NCBI GenBank assembly: GCA_051744365.1
Contig: JBNJCX010000005.1
Coordinates: 2,217-66,216 of the forward strand
Reading direction: 5' to 3'
Source of the DNA: Bacillota bacterium
Lineage (GTDB): Bacteria; Bacillota; Clostridia; Tissierellales; Tissierellaceae
DNA: 64,000 nt
Below are positions 29,874 through 39,882 of this stretch, one piece after another. Position 1 is the stretch's first letter, and each line of letters begins with the position of its first letter. The translations under genes and the position numbers were made by a program. The notes under the pieces were generated by a model. The model saw nothing but the letters and a program-made list of their open reading frames with translations. It was not told where the DNA came from and ran no database searches.

Positions 29874-30542
29874 TTGGAAGAAATTAATGACAGAATCAAC
29901 CTAGCTCTTGAAAAGGCAGGAAGAAAAGACACTGTAGAATTGGTGGCAGTAACAAAGACAGTGCCAGTTGAAAGAATAATCGAAGCTCTTGACATGGGAG
30001 TGGTTGATATCGGTGAAAACAAGGTGCAGGAATTGATAGAAAAGATGGAAATTCTTGAAGAGCGGCCTAGATACCATATGATAGGTCATCTCCAGTCAAA
30101 CAAGGTCAAGTACATAGTTGACAGAATTCACTTGATTCATTCATTGGACAGAGTGTCGCTGGCAAAGGAAATCGACAAGAGGGCTAAGGCAAGTGACCAT
30201 ATTGTTGATACACTAATCCAGGTTAACATAGCCAAAGAGGAGTCAAAATTTGGCATGATGGAAGCAGATGTTTTGCCTTTTATCGAAAAAGTTCTCAAGC
30301 TGGAAAACATAAGAATAAAAGGATTGATGACAATCGCTCCTTTTACAGATGATGAGGCGATCCTTAGAAAAACATTTAGTGGTCTGTATAATTTGAGTGA
30401 AAGAATAAAATCTGAGAATTACAATGGATTAGATATGAACATTTTATCAATGGGAATGACTAATGATTTTGAGATAGCAATTGAGGAAGGCTCAAATATG
30501 ATAAGAATTGGGACAGGTATTTTTGGGAATAGAGATTATTAG
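29874..30542 (+). CDS. yggS: YggS/YlmE-family pyridoxal-phosphate homeostasis protein
   Basis: VELVAVTKTV (PLP-binding Lys), HMIGHLQSNK, and SMGMTNDFEIAIEEGSNMIRIGTGIFG. The true start is probably upstream at a non-canonical codon (ATT 29856); see findings. Confidence 0.9.
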   Translation: MEEINDRINLALEKAGRKDTVELVAVTKTVPVERIIEALDMGVVDIGENKVQELIEKMEILEERPRYHMIGHLQSNKVKYIVDRIHLIHSLDRVSLAKEIDKRAKASDHIVDTLIQVNIAKEESKFGMMEADVLPFIEKVLKLENIRIKGLMTIAPFTDDEAILRKTFSGLYNLSERIKSENYNGLDMNILSMGMTNDFEIAIEEGSNMIRIGTGIFGNRDY

Positions 30543-30553
30543 GAGGGAATGGA

Positions 30554-30988
30554 ATGGGCAATATATTTGATAAATTCAAGTATTTTATAGGTATTGATGA
30601 TTATGATGAGGAAGAGGAGTATATGATGGATGAGTCTGCTGAAGAGCTGGATGCAGGATCACCTCCCCCTACAAAGAAATTCAGCAATAAGGTAGTGAAT
30701 ATTCATACAAACAATAACATGAAGATTGTAGTCCATGAACCTTTAAGCTATGAAGAAGCACCTGCAATAATTGATGATCTTAAGCTTAGAAAAGCAATAG
30801 TAGTAAATTTTGAGCAACTGGATACAAATGTAAAAAGACAGATTTTTGATTTTATCAATGGTGGGCTTTACGCTGTGGAAGGAAAAATTCAGAAAGTTAC
30901 CAAGGATATTTTTATACTTGCTCCAAACAATATAGAAATTGACGGATTAAAGGACGAATTGAAAAATAGGGGAATTTTCCCATGGTAA
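30554..30988 (+). CDS. sepF: Cell division protein SepF
   Basis: DUF552 core (IVVHEPLSYEEAPAIIDDLKLRKAIVVNFEQLD). Part of the ylm cluster. Confidence 0.92.
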   Translation: MGNIFDKFKYFIGIDDYDEEEEYMMDESAEELDAGSPPPTKKFSNKVVNIHTNNNMKIVVHEPLSYEEAPAIIDDLKLRKAIVVNFEQLDTNVKRQIFDFINGGLYAVEGKIQKVTKDIFILAPNNIEIDGLKDELKNRGIFPW

Positions 30989-30998
30989 GGAGATTTGA

Positions 30999-31265
30999 AT
31001 GTATACATTGCTCAGATCAGTAAGGATATTATTTGATTTACTTGAAATTCTAATTATAGTGCGTATTTTTGTAAATATTTTCAGAGTGCCTATGAACAAT
31101 ATATTCGGGAAAGTACTTTACGAGCTGACTGAACCTATTATGGCCCCTGCAAGAGCTCTTCTCGAAAAGGTAGGCGTTGGAAGAGGGTTTATAGATTTTT
31201 CACCATGGGTTGCGATAATATTTTTGAGAGTAATCTATTCAGTAATAATAAATCTAGCAGGTTAA
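30999..31265 (+). CDS. yggT: YggT/YlmG-family membrane protein
   Basis: Small 2-TM protein at the conserved position after sepF. Confidence 0.85.
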   Translation: MYTLLRSVRILFDLLEILIIVRIFVNIFRVPMNNIFGKVLYELTEPIMAPARALLEKVGVGRGFIDFSPWVAIIFLRVIYSVIINLAG

Positions 31266-31268
31266 AAG

Positions 31269-32051
31269 ATGTTGGATAATAGAATATATCTGAATCATAT
31301 AAACGACAATGAGATATTGTTCAAAATGCGTAGACTCCTAGATTTGATACAATCAGTAATAAAGTACCACAAGACGGCAGTCAGTGATTTCATGGATCCC
31401 TATGAAAGAAGGATGAGTGAGTCAATTTTAAATAGATTTCAGGATATTGCATTTGCATATGATGGAGGTCCTGAGGAAGCTGAAAGAAAATGTATCATAA
31501 TCCATCCTGAATACTTGTACATAGGTGACAATGAGAATCCATTGTCTTATTTAAAAGTGACAGGACAGTTGGAAGGCTTGAATCACAAGGATTTTCTTGG
31601 AGCAGTGCTGGGTCTTGGAATAACCAGAGAAAAAATTGGGGACATACTCGTCTATGATGATTGTTCAATTATTATAGTAAAAAAAGAAATTAAAGACTTT
31701 ATTCTTCTGAATTTTGAAAAAGCAGGTAATGCCACCTTGAAAATATCTGAAATCCCAAGGAATTATCTGGAATATCCTGAACCGGATTTCATCGAAACAA
31801 GAAAATTTGTATCATCTCTGAGACTGGATGTATTTTTAAGTGCCGCTTACAATCTATCAAGAAGCGAGAGCATGTCACTGATCAAATCAGGAAAAACCAA
31901 AGTAAACTGGGAGAAAACTGAGAAAGCAGACCGAGTATTGGACCCAGGAGATGTTGTTTCAGTTAGAGGTAAGGGACGAACAATACTATATGGAATTGAA
32001 GGAATATCAAAAAAAGGGAGATATAACCTGATAATCAGGAAATTAGTATAA
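31269..32051 (+). CDS. ylmH: S4-domain RNA-binding protein YlmH
   Basis: C-terminal S4 domain (RLDVFLSAAYNLSRSESMSLIKSGKTKVNW). Synteny with sepF and divIVA. Confidence 0.88.
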   Translation: MLDNRIYLNHINDNEILFKMRRLLDLIQSVIKYHKTAVSDFMDPYERRMSESILNRFQDIAFAYDGGPEEAERKCIIIHPEYLYIGDNENPLSYLKVTGQLEGLNHKDFLGAVLGLGITREKIGDILVYDDCSIIIVKKEIKDFILLNFEKAGNATLKISEIPRNYLEYPEPDFIETRKFVSSLRLDVFLSAAYNLSRSESMSLIKSGKTKVNWEKTEKADRVLDPGDVVSVRGKGRTILYGIEGISKKGRYNLIIRKLV

Positions 32052-32063
32052 TGGAGTGATCAA

Positions 32064-32564
32064 ATGATAACACCACTGGATATTCAGAATAAGAATTTCA
32101 AAAAAAGCATAGGGGGTTTTAGTCCCAAAGAAGTCAATTCATTTCTTGTGGAAATGATAGATGATTACGAGCGAATGTACAAGGAAAACATTGAGTATAA
32201 GGATAAAATCAGCATGCTCACCGATCAGATAAGACAGTTCCAGACCATGGAAGAAGCATTGAAGAGTACTCTTCTTGTAGCTCAACAGGCTGCCGATGAA
32301 GTTACTGTAAATGCAAGAAACAAGGCTGAAATTATCATTGAAAACGCTGAGGATACAGGTAGAAAAATAATCAATCAGTCACGGGAGGATGTTAGAGGAA
32401 TCAAGGAAGAATATGATTATCTGCAGAAAGAGATATTTATCTTCAAGACAAGGTATGAATCATTTCTGAAATCTCAATTATTGTCCCTTGAGGAATATTA
32501 TAACAGTATTGAAAAAAACAAAAATACATATGGGAAAAAGATAGAAGAAGAACATAAGGAATAG
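32064..32564 (+). CDS. divIVA: DivIVA-domain cell division protein
   Basis: MITPLDIQNKNFKKSIGGFSPKEVNSFL N-terminal DivIVA motif followed by a coiled coil. Confidence 0.92.
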   Translation: MITPLDIQNKNFKKSIGGFSPKEVNSFLVEMIDDYERMYKENIEYKDKISMLTDQIRQFQTMEEALKSTLLVAQQAADEVTVNARNKAEIIIENAEDTGRKIINQSREDVRGIKEEYDYLQKEIFIFKTRYESFLKSQLLSLEEYYNSIEKNKNTYGKKIEEEHKE

Positions 32565-32569
32565 ACAAG

Positions 32570-32590
32570 AGGAGCATTGGCTCCTTTTTG
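32570..32590 (+). terminator. Rho-independent terminator after divIVA
   Basis: aggagc and gctcct pair across the loop attg, followed by ttttg. Confidence 0.65.
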
Positions 32591-32626
32591 TTCTGTATAT
32601 TGAATGTAGGGTAGGAGGAAAAAACA

Positions 32627-33095
32627 TTGGGATTTATTTTGGGAGTTCTGATCATTTTATCTGATCAGCTGACTAAATATTTGGCATTGACGTACCTTGT
32701 GAACAGGAAACCGATTGTATTGATTAATAATCTGTTTGAGCTTCATTTTGTAAAAAATTTTGGAGCTGCATTCGGCATCCTTCAGAATCAGAGAATTTTC
32801 TTTATATTCGTAACAAGCCTGGTTTTATTGGGGATGTCAATTTATATGATTAGGAATAGGAAAAAATTGACAGTTGTCGCTAACTTCGCTATGGGATTTC
32901 TTCTTGGTGGTGCACTTGGGAATCTTATTGACAGAGTACGATTAGGTTATGTAGTGGATTTTATCAAGGTCGATCTTGGCAGGCTTTATGACTTCCCTGT
33001 GTTTAATGTTGCAGATATTTTCATAGTTGTAGGCACAGGATTATTGATTTTTATAATATTATTCGATAGGTATGAGAAGAGCACAGGTGATCCAA

Positions 33096-33103
<8 letters not shown>
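32627..33103 (+). CDS. lspA: Lipoprotein signal peptidase II
   Basis: NFGAAFG and FPVFNVADIFI motifs, four TM segments. TTG start follows GGAGGA. Confidence 0.93.
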
Positions 33104-34546
<1,443 letters not shown>

Positions 34547-34551
34547 GAGAA

Positions 34552-36327
34552 TTATTCTCCTGCTTTTTTAATGTTGTCAATTGCTGTTGTTGAGGGTTCC
34601 ACCACAAAGGTCTTTTGATTTTCGTAAACCACAAGACCTGTCTTGCCATTTTTAGGCTTTCTGACATATCTCTTTTCTGTATAGTCAACCTCAACGCTCC
34701 CTGAGTTTCGACCTTTGCTGTAGTATGCGGCTATTGTTCCTGCTTCAACAAGTGTAGTAGGGGGGACAGGGTTACCTTCTGTCCTTATAATTACATGGCT
34801 ACCGGGGATACCTTTTGTATGGAGCCACAAGTCTTCTTTTCGTGCAGTTTTCATTGTTAAAATTTCATTTTGCCTGTTGTTTCGACCAACAAGGATTTCA
34901 AATCCATCGGATGAAATAAATCTGAGTGGACCTGAAAGCTTTTCCTTTTTTTTCTTTCCTTTCATACTTCGCCTTGGGATATAGCCCTCCAATACAAGCT
35001 CTTCCTTTATCTCATCAAGTTCTTGAACTTCTGATGCATTTTCCAGGCTCATAAGTACGTGTTCGATATATGAAATCTCTGATTCAGTTTCTGGAATCTG
35101 CTTAAGTAGCAACTGATTTGCAGTCTTAAGTTTTCCATACTTTTTATAATATCTTTGAGCATTTTCCGCGGGGCTGGATTTTGGGTCCAGTGGGACATTT
35201 AATTCATTCAGATTTTCATCGTAGAAATTTTCTAATATTACATGATCAGCTCCCCTATCTATTCTGTGAAGGTTTGCCTGTATAAGATCTGCATAAATTT
35301 TATATTTTTCCCTTTCCTTGCTTTCTAGAAGCTCATTTTTTTGTTTTGAGAGCTTATTCTGAGCTCTTTCAAGCTTTGTGTGTAGTATTTTTTTCAATGA
35401 CGCTGATTTCTGATTGACTCTGTCTCCGGTATCTCTTGATTCATACACATAGTCCAGCATCTGTGATACGCTCTCATTTGAGACCTGCTTAAGACCACTG
35501 TATTGTGTCAAAGGAAAAGCATAAAATGCAACTACATTTTTATTGTCCCCATCAAGTACATAAACGGGATTGAAGGCTTCTTTTTTTACTTTATCGATAA
35601 ATTCAACTAGTCCATTGAAAAGACGCTCTTTTTCATCTTCTTCCAGACTTAGGATAGTCCTGCCTGAATCCAGTTCTGCTATGCTGCATATCTCTCTTCC
35701 AGCGAGAGGGCTGAGTCCAGTGTAGCTTTGATAAAGAAATTTAAAAGCCTTCTGATTTCCATTGGCCGAGTTCAATAAATCAAAGAAATCTTCTTTACTT
35801 GAATGAAGTGGGTCTGCTTTATCATCAACATCAATATAGGAATACTTTAATCCAGGGAGTATCTGTCTTACCCTTGAAATTTCGGCTGGTATCCTTTTTA
35901 TTGAATCTATAATGGTCTTGGTTGTTTTATCAAGGAGGACAATGTTGCTGTGTCTTCCCATTATTTCGATAATCAGCTCCCTTTCAGTGGGATTGCCAAG
36001 CTCATCTTTGCCTGACAAGGTGAATATAACAACTCTGTCAAGGTTGTGTTGTTCAATGTCCAGGATAATACTTCCAGTAAGATGCTTTCTAAGAAACATG
36101 CAGAACATCGGTGGTGACAATGGATTACTCTTTGGGGATCTTGTTAAATAAAGTCTTGGGTTATTGCTGCTTGCGGACATGAGAAGTCGGTGATTCTTAC
36201 CCTTACTGTAGATTTGAAGTAGTAGTTCATCCTTTTCATGCTGATATATTTTATCGATTCTACCGCCTACTAGAATATCTTTTAATTCAGTTACAACTGA
36301 TCGTGTTACTATACCATCATATGACAT
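34552..36327 (-). CDS. rqcH: Ribosome quality control factor RqcH (NFACT / FbpA-family)
   Basis: MSYDGIVTRSVVTEL NFACT-N start, a coiled-coil middle section and a C-terminal NFACT-R (DLWLHTKGIPGSHVII). The track's 14-codon N-terminal extension is rejected. Confidence 0.9.
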   Translation of the reverse strand: MSYDGIVTRSVVTELKDILVGGRIDKIYQHEKDELLLQIYSKGKNHRLLMSASSNNPRLYLTRSPKSNPLSPPMFCMFLRKHLTGSIILDIEQHNLDRVVIFTLSGKDELGNPTERELIIEIMGRHSNIVLLDKTTKTIIDSIKRIPAEISRVRQILPGLKYSYIDVDDKADPLHSSKEDFFDLLNSANGNQKAFKFLYQSYTGLSPLAGREICSIAELDSGRTILSLEEDEKERLFNGLVEFIDKVKKEAFNPVYVLDGDNKNVVAFYAFPLTQYSGLKQVSNESVSQMLDYVYESRDTGDRVNQKSASLKKILHTKLERAQNKLSKQKNELLESKEREKYKIYADLIQANLHRIDRGADHVILENFYDENLNELNVPLDPKSSPAENAQRYYKKYGKLKTANQLLLKQIPETESEISYIEHVLMSLENASEVQELDEIKEELVLEGYIPRRSMKGKKKKEKLSGPLRFISSDGFEILVGRNNRQNEILTMKTARKEDLWLHTKGIPGSHVIIRTEGNPVPPTTLVEAGTIAAYYSKGRNSGSVEVDYTEKRYVRKPKNGKTGLVVYENQKTFVVEPSTTAIDNIKKAGE

Positions 36328-36638
36328 TATAAACCTCCATAAATATGTTATTATTAAAGTATACCACAAATTCAGAGCATGATAAAATCTACAAAAAAAT
36401 AATCAAATATTAATATTCTGTAACAAACTGTAGATATTTATTTTCATAGATGTATAATAATCTATAGCTCATCGAAAGATGTAATCCACAATAAGAGGTG
36501 TTCAGTTTGTGGGTACTGATTGTATTTACAATAGATAAGCATACTTTAAGACTAGTTGAAACGCTAATTGTAGTTATTTTGTCTTTAGAAATAAACACTG
36601 ATCGATAGCAAGCTATACACTAGCAAGGAGGGATTACA

Positions 36639-37520
36639 TTGATTAGAAGCATGACAGGTTATGGAAAAGGAGAATCAGAGAACGAACTGTATAGACTTAA
36701 GATTGAAATAAAGTCAGTAAACCACAGATATCTTGATGTGAATGTCAAGTTGCCTAGATATCTGATATATCTTGAGGAAAATATTAAGAAGCTGGTAAAG
36801 GAGAAATTAAGCAGGGGGAAGGTCGATATATTTGTTAATTTTGATTTTGCTGAAATATCCGCTGTTGAAGTAAAAGTCGACATTCCTTTGGCAAAAAGCT
36901 TTAAGACCGCCCTTGAGGAATTAAAAATAGAGCTGGATATTGATGACTCCGTAAGGCTCAATACTATTCTTTCAATCCCTGATGTAATCAAAACTGAGAA
37001 AAAAGATTTAGATGAAGACCTTGTTTGGGAAGCCATAAGGGAGTCTACACAAAAGGCTTTGGATAGAATCGTTGAGATGAGGGAATACGAAGGAGAGCAA
37101 CTTAAGGAAGACATTCTCACTAAGCTAATAAAGATTGAGAGCATTGCAGGCAAAATTGAAAGTAGAGCACCTCTGGTTGTTGAGGAATATAGAATAAAGC
37201 TGAATGATAGAATAGATTCAATTTTAGAAGATGGAACATCTGTTGACATGGACAGGCTTGCAATGGAAGTAGCAATTTATGCTGATAAGAGTAGTATAGA
37301 CGAAGAACTAACCAGACTTGAGAGCCACGTTCTTCAGTTAGGAGAGATATTGACGGAGAGCGGTGCTGTTGGAAGAAAACTTGATTTTCTGATTCAGGAA
37401 TTCAACAGAGAGATCAATACCATAGGAAGTAAATCAAGTGACTCCGGCATCGTTAAGTCGGTTGTTGAATTAAAGTCGGAGATTGAGAAAATCAGAGAAC
37501 AGGTTCAAAACATCGAGTAG
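36639..37520 (+). CDS. yicC: YicC-family stress-induced protein (endoribonuclease)
   Basis: [13 protein letters not shown]-terminus and C-terminal [17 protein letters not shown]. Confidence 0.92.
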   Translation: MIRSMTGYGKGESENELYRLKIEIKSVNHRYLDVNVKLPRYLIYLEENIKKLVKEKLSRGKVDIFVNFDFAEISAVEVKVDIPLAKSFKTALEELKIELDIDDSVRLNTILSIPDVIKTEKKDLDEDLVWEAIRESTQKALDRIVEMREYEGEQLKEDILTKLIKIESIAGKIESRAPLVVEEYRIKLNDRIDSILEDGTSVDMDRLAMEVAIYADKSSIDEELTRLESHVLQLGEILTESGAVGRKLDFLIQEFNREINTIGSKSSDSGIVKSVVELKSEIEKIREQVQNIE

Positions 37521-37531
37521 GGGGAAGGAGA

Positions 37532-37789
37532 ATGCTGGTATATTTTATTAATGTGGGCTTTGGAAATGTAGTTGCTTCAAATAAGGTTGTATCTGTTGTA
37601 AGCCCTGAGTCTGCACCTATAAAGAGACTTGTCCAGGAATCAAAGGAGCAAGGTACCCTGATTGATGCAACATATGGCAGAAGAACAAGATCAGTTATTG
37701 TAATGGACAGCGGACATATTGTACTATCCCCTTTGCAACCGGAGACTATAGCTCATAGGCTCCATACCAAAGAGGATGGTCATGAATAA
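37532..37789 (+). CDS. remA: DUF370 protein RemA
   Basis: [31 protein letters not shown] signature. Lies between yicC and gmk as in Bacillus. Confidence 0.9.
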   Translation: MLVYFINVGFGNVVASNKVVSVVSPESAPIKRLVQESKEQGTLIDATYGRRTRSVIVMDSGHIVLSPLQPETIAHRLHTKEDGHE

Positions 37790-37811
37790 TTAAGAAAGTT
37801 GGTGGTAATAA

Positions 37812-38438
37812 ATGGCGAAGGGATTTTTATTGGTACTGTCAGGACCCTCAGGAAGTGGAAAGGGAACAGTAAGTCAGGCGCTTATGAAGAAACGTGATGA
37901 CATAGTGTTTTCTGTTTCTGCAACAACGAGAAAGCCCAGGGCAACTGAAGTTGATGGAGAGAATTACTTTTTCTTTGAAGAGAATAAATTTATGGATATG
38001 GTGGAAAACAGTGGGTTTCTTGAATATGCCTTTGTTCATTCAAACTACTATGGAACTCCAAAAGAGTTTGTGCTCAAACAGGTTGAAAAAGGGGAGATTG
38101 TACTCCTTGAAATAGACGTCCAGGGTGCACTTCAAATCAAAAAGAATTATAAAGAGGCAGTATTTATATTTCTGCTGCCGCCCACTATGGATGAACTCAG
38201 GAGCAGGATAGTAAAAAGGGGAACTGAGACGGAGGAAGACATAAACACAAGATTCGCAAATGCTTTCAAGGAACTGGATTTCGTGGGAGAATATGACTTC
38301 TTTGTTGTGAATGACAAGGTTGATGCAGCTGTTGCTGACATTGAAGCAATTATTCATTCCGAGAAGTTAAGAGTCAAGAGACATAGTGGAATAAAGGAAC
38401 AAGTTACAAGAAAGGGAGGTAGTAATAATGAGCGATAA
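37812..38438 (+). CDS. gmk: Guanylate kinase
   Basis: GPSGSGKGT P-loop and SATTRKPR. Confidence 0.96.
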   Translation: MAKGFLLVLSGPSGSGKGTVSQALMKKRDDIVFSVSATTRKPRATEVDGENYFFFEENKFMDMVENSGFLEYAFVHSNYYGTPKEFVLKQVEKGEIVLLEIDVQGALQIKKNYKEAVFIFLLPPTMDELRSRIVKRGTETEEDINTRFANAFKELDFVGEYDFFVVNDKVDAAVADIEAIIHSEKLRVKRHSGIKEQVTRKGGSNNER

Positions 38439-38634
38439 GATAAAAGAAAATACTTTACCTGAAGAAAATAGATATACACTGGTGATGGTAGCTGCAAAAA
38501 GAGCAAGGCAGCTTGTTGAGGGGTCTACACCAAGAGTGGAATCAAAGGCGAACAAACCTGTGACAATAGCCCTTGATGAAATAACTGCAGAAAAGATAAA
38601 GTTCAGGAACCCTTCAGCAGACAGCTTTAAGTAG
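38428..38634 (+). CDS. rpoZ: DNA-directed RNA polymerase subunit omega
   Basis: NRYTLVMVAAKRARQL motif at 68 aa, positioned after gmk. Confidence 0.93.
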   Translation: MSDKIKENTLPEENRYTLVMVAAKRARQLVEGSTPRVESKANKPVTIALDEITAEKIKFRNPSADSFK

Positions 38635-38643
38635 GTGAATAAA

Positions 38644-39849
38644 ATGCTAAATGACAAACATATATTATTAGGTGTAACAGGTGGGATTGCTGTTTATAAG
38701 TCCGCTGACCTTGTCAGCCGACTGATAAAGGCAGGGGCAAAGGTTGAAGTAGTTATGACAAAAGGAGCAACTGAATTTGTAAGCCCATTAACTTTTCAGA
38801 CTATGTCCCAGAGCAAGGTACACTTTGATTTGTTCGGTCTTGAAAACTATATGGAGGTAGAGCATATATCATTGGCACAAAAGCCGGATGTAATTCTGAT
38901 AGCTCCTGCAACGGCAAATACGATTGGTAAAATTGCCAATGGAATAGCAGATAATATGCTTACAACAGTTGTAATGGCTTCAACAGCGAAAATCATATTT
39001 GCGCCTGCCATGAATACCAATATGTATCTAAACCCCATAACACAAAAAAATATAAAAATTCTTGAGGATTTCGGGCATCGTTTTATGGCCACAGGCGAGG
39101 GAAGACTTGCGTGTGGAGATGTTGGCGCAGGTAAGATGGCTGAACCCATAGACATTGTAAATTACCTTGAGGATTTCTTCACTGAGAAAGATTTCAAGGG
39201 TAAAAAAATAGTTGTAACTGCTGGTCCTACAATTGAATCCATAGATCCCGTCAGATACATTACAAACCATTCCAGTGGAAAAATGGGTTATGCTATTGCC
39301 AGGAATGCTGCAATGAGAGGAGCTGAGGTTGTTCTTGTATCAGGCCCTGTGAATCTAGAACCACCTGCCAATGTACAAATTGTAGAAGTCAAATCTACAT
39401 ATGATATGATGGAAGCAGTGAGAAATCATTTTGAAGAGTGTGATGTATTGATAAAAGCTGCTGCACCATCGGATTTTAAACCGGTGTCAGTCAGTGATAA
39501 AAAAATCAAGAAAAGAGACAACGAATCAAAAACCATGTCCGTTGAGCTTACAAAGAACCCGGACATAGCAGCATTTTTTGGGAAAATCAAGGGAAGTCGA
39601 ATAATGGTTGGATTCGCAGCTGAGACGGACAACATTGATGAATATGCAGAATTGAAGATGAAAGAGAAAAATTTTGATTTTATAGTTGCAAATGATATCA
39701 CAAAAGAAGGAGCTGGCTTCAAAGGTGACACAAATATTGTTACAATCTATGATAAATCAGGACATCGTGAAGAATTCCCGATTATGTCAAAGGATGAGCT
39801 ATCATCTAGGATTCTAGACAGAGTAAAGTCAATGATAGGTGACAGTTAG
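38644..39849 (+). CDS. coaBC: Bifunctional phosphopantothenoylcysteine decarboxylase / synthetase
   Basis: LLGVTGGIAVYK flavoprotein N-terminus and a CoaB C-terminal half. ATG 38644 follows aggtga; the track start is GTG 38635. Confidence 0.95.
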   Translation: MLNDKHILLGVTGGIAVYKSADLVSRLIKAGAKVEVVMTKGATEFVSPLTFQTMSQSKVHFDLFGLENYMEVEHISLAQKPDVILIAPATANTIGKIANGIADNMLTTVVMASTAKIIFAPAMNTNMYLNPITQKNIKILEDFGHRFMATGEGRLACGDVGAGKMAEPIDIVNYLEDFFTEKDFKGKKIVVTAGPTIESIDPVRYITNHSSGKMGYAIARNAAMRGAEVVLVSGPVNLEPPANVQIVEVKSTYDMMEAVRNHFEECDVLIKAAAPSDFKPVSVSDKKIKKRDNESKTMSVELTKNPDIAAFFGKIKGSRIMVGFAAETDNIDEYAELKMKEKNFDFIVANDITKEGAGFKGDTNIVTIYDKSGHREEFPIMSKDELSSRILDRVKSMIGDS

Positions 39850-39882
39850 AAAAAATGCAACTGATATGAAAGGAGTTCCGGG

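Noticed and set aside
36659-37249. 196-aa minus-strand ORF, and many similar 60-170-aa antisense or alternate-frame ORFs (for example 1632-2135, 8948-9325, 16324-16704, 17521-17907, 22964-23368, 23389-23787, 54506-54961, 57934-58392)
   Set aside because: Each is nested inside a confidently identified gene. They have Ser/Leu/Ile-rich, codon-mirror composition and no ribosome-binding sites.
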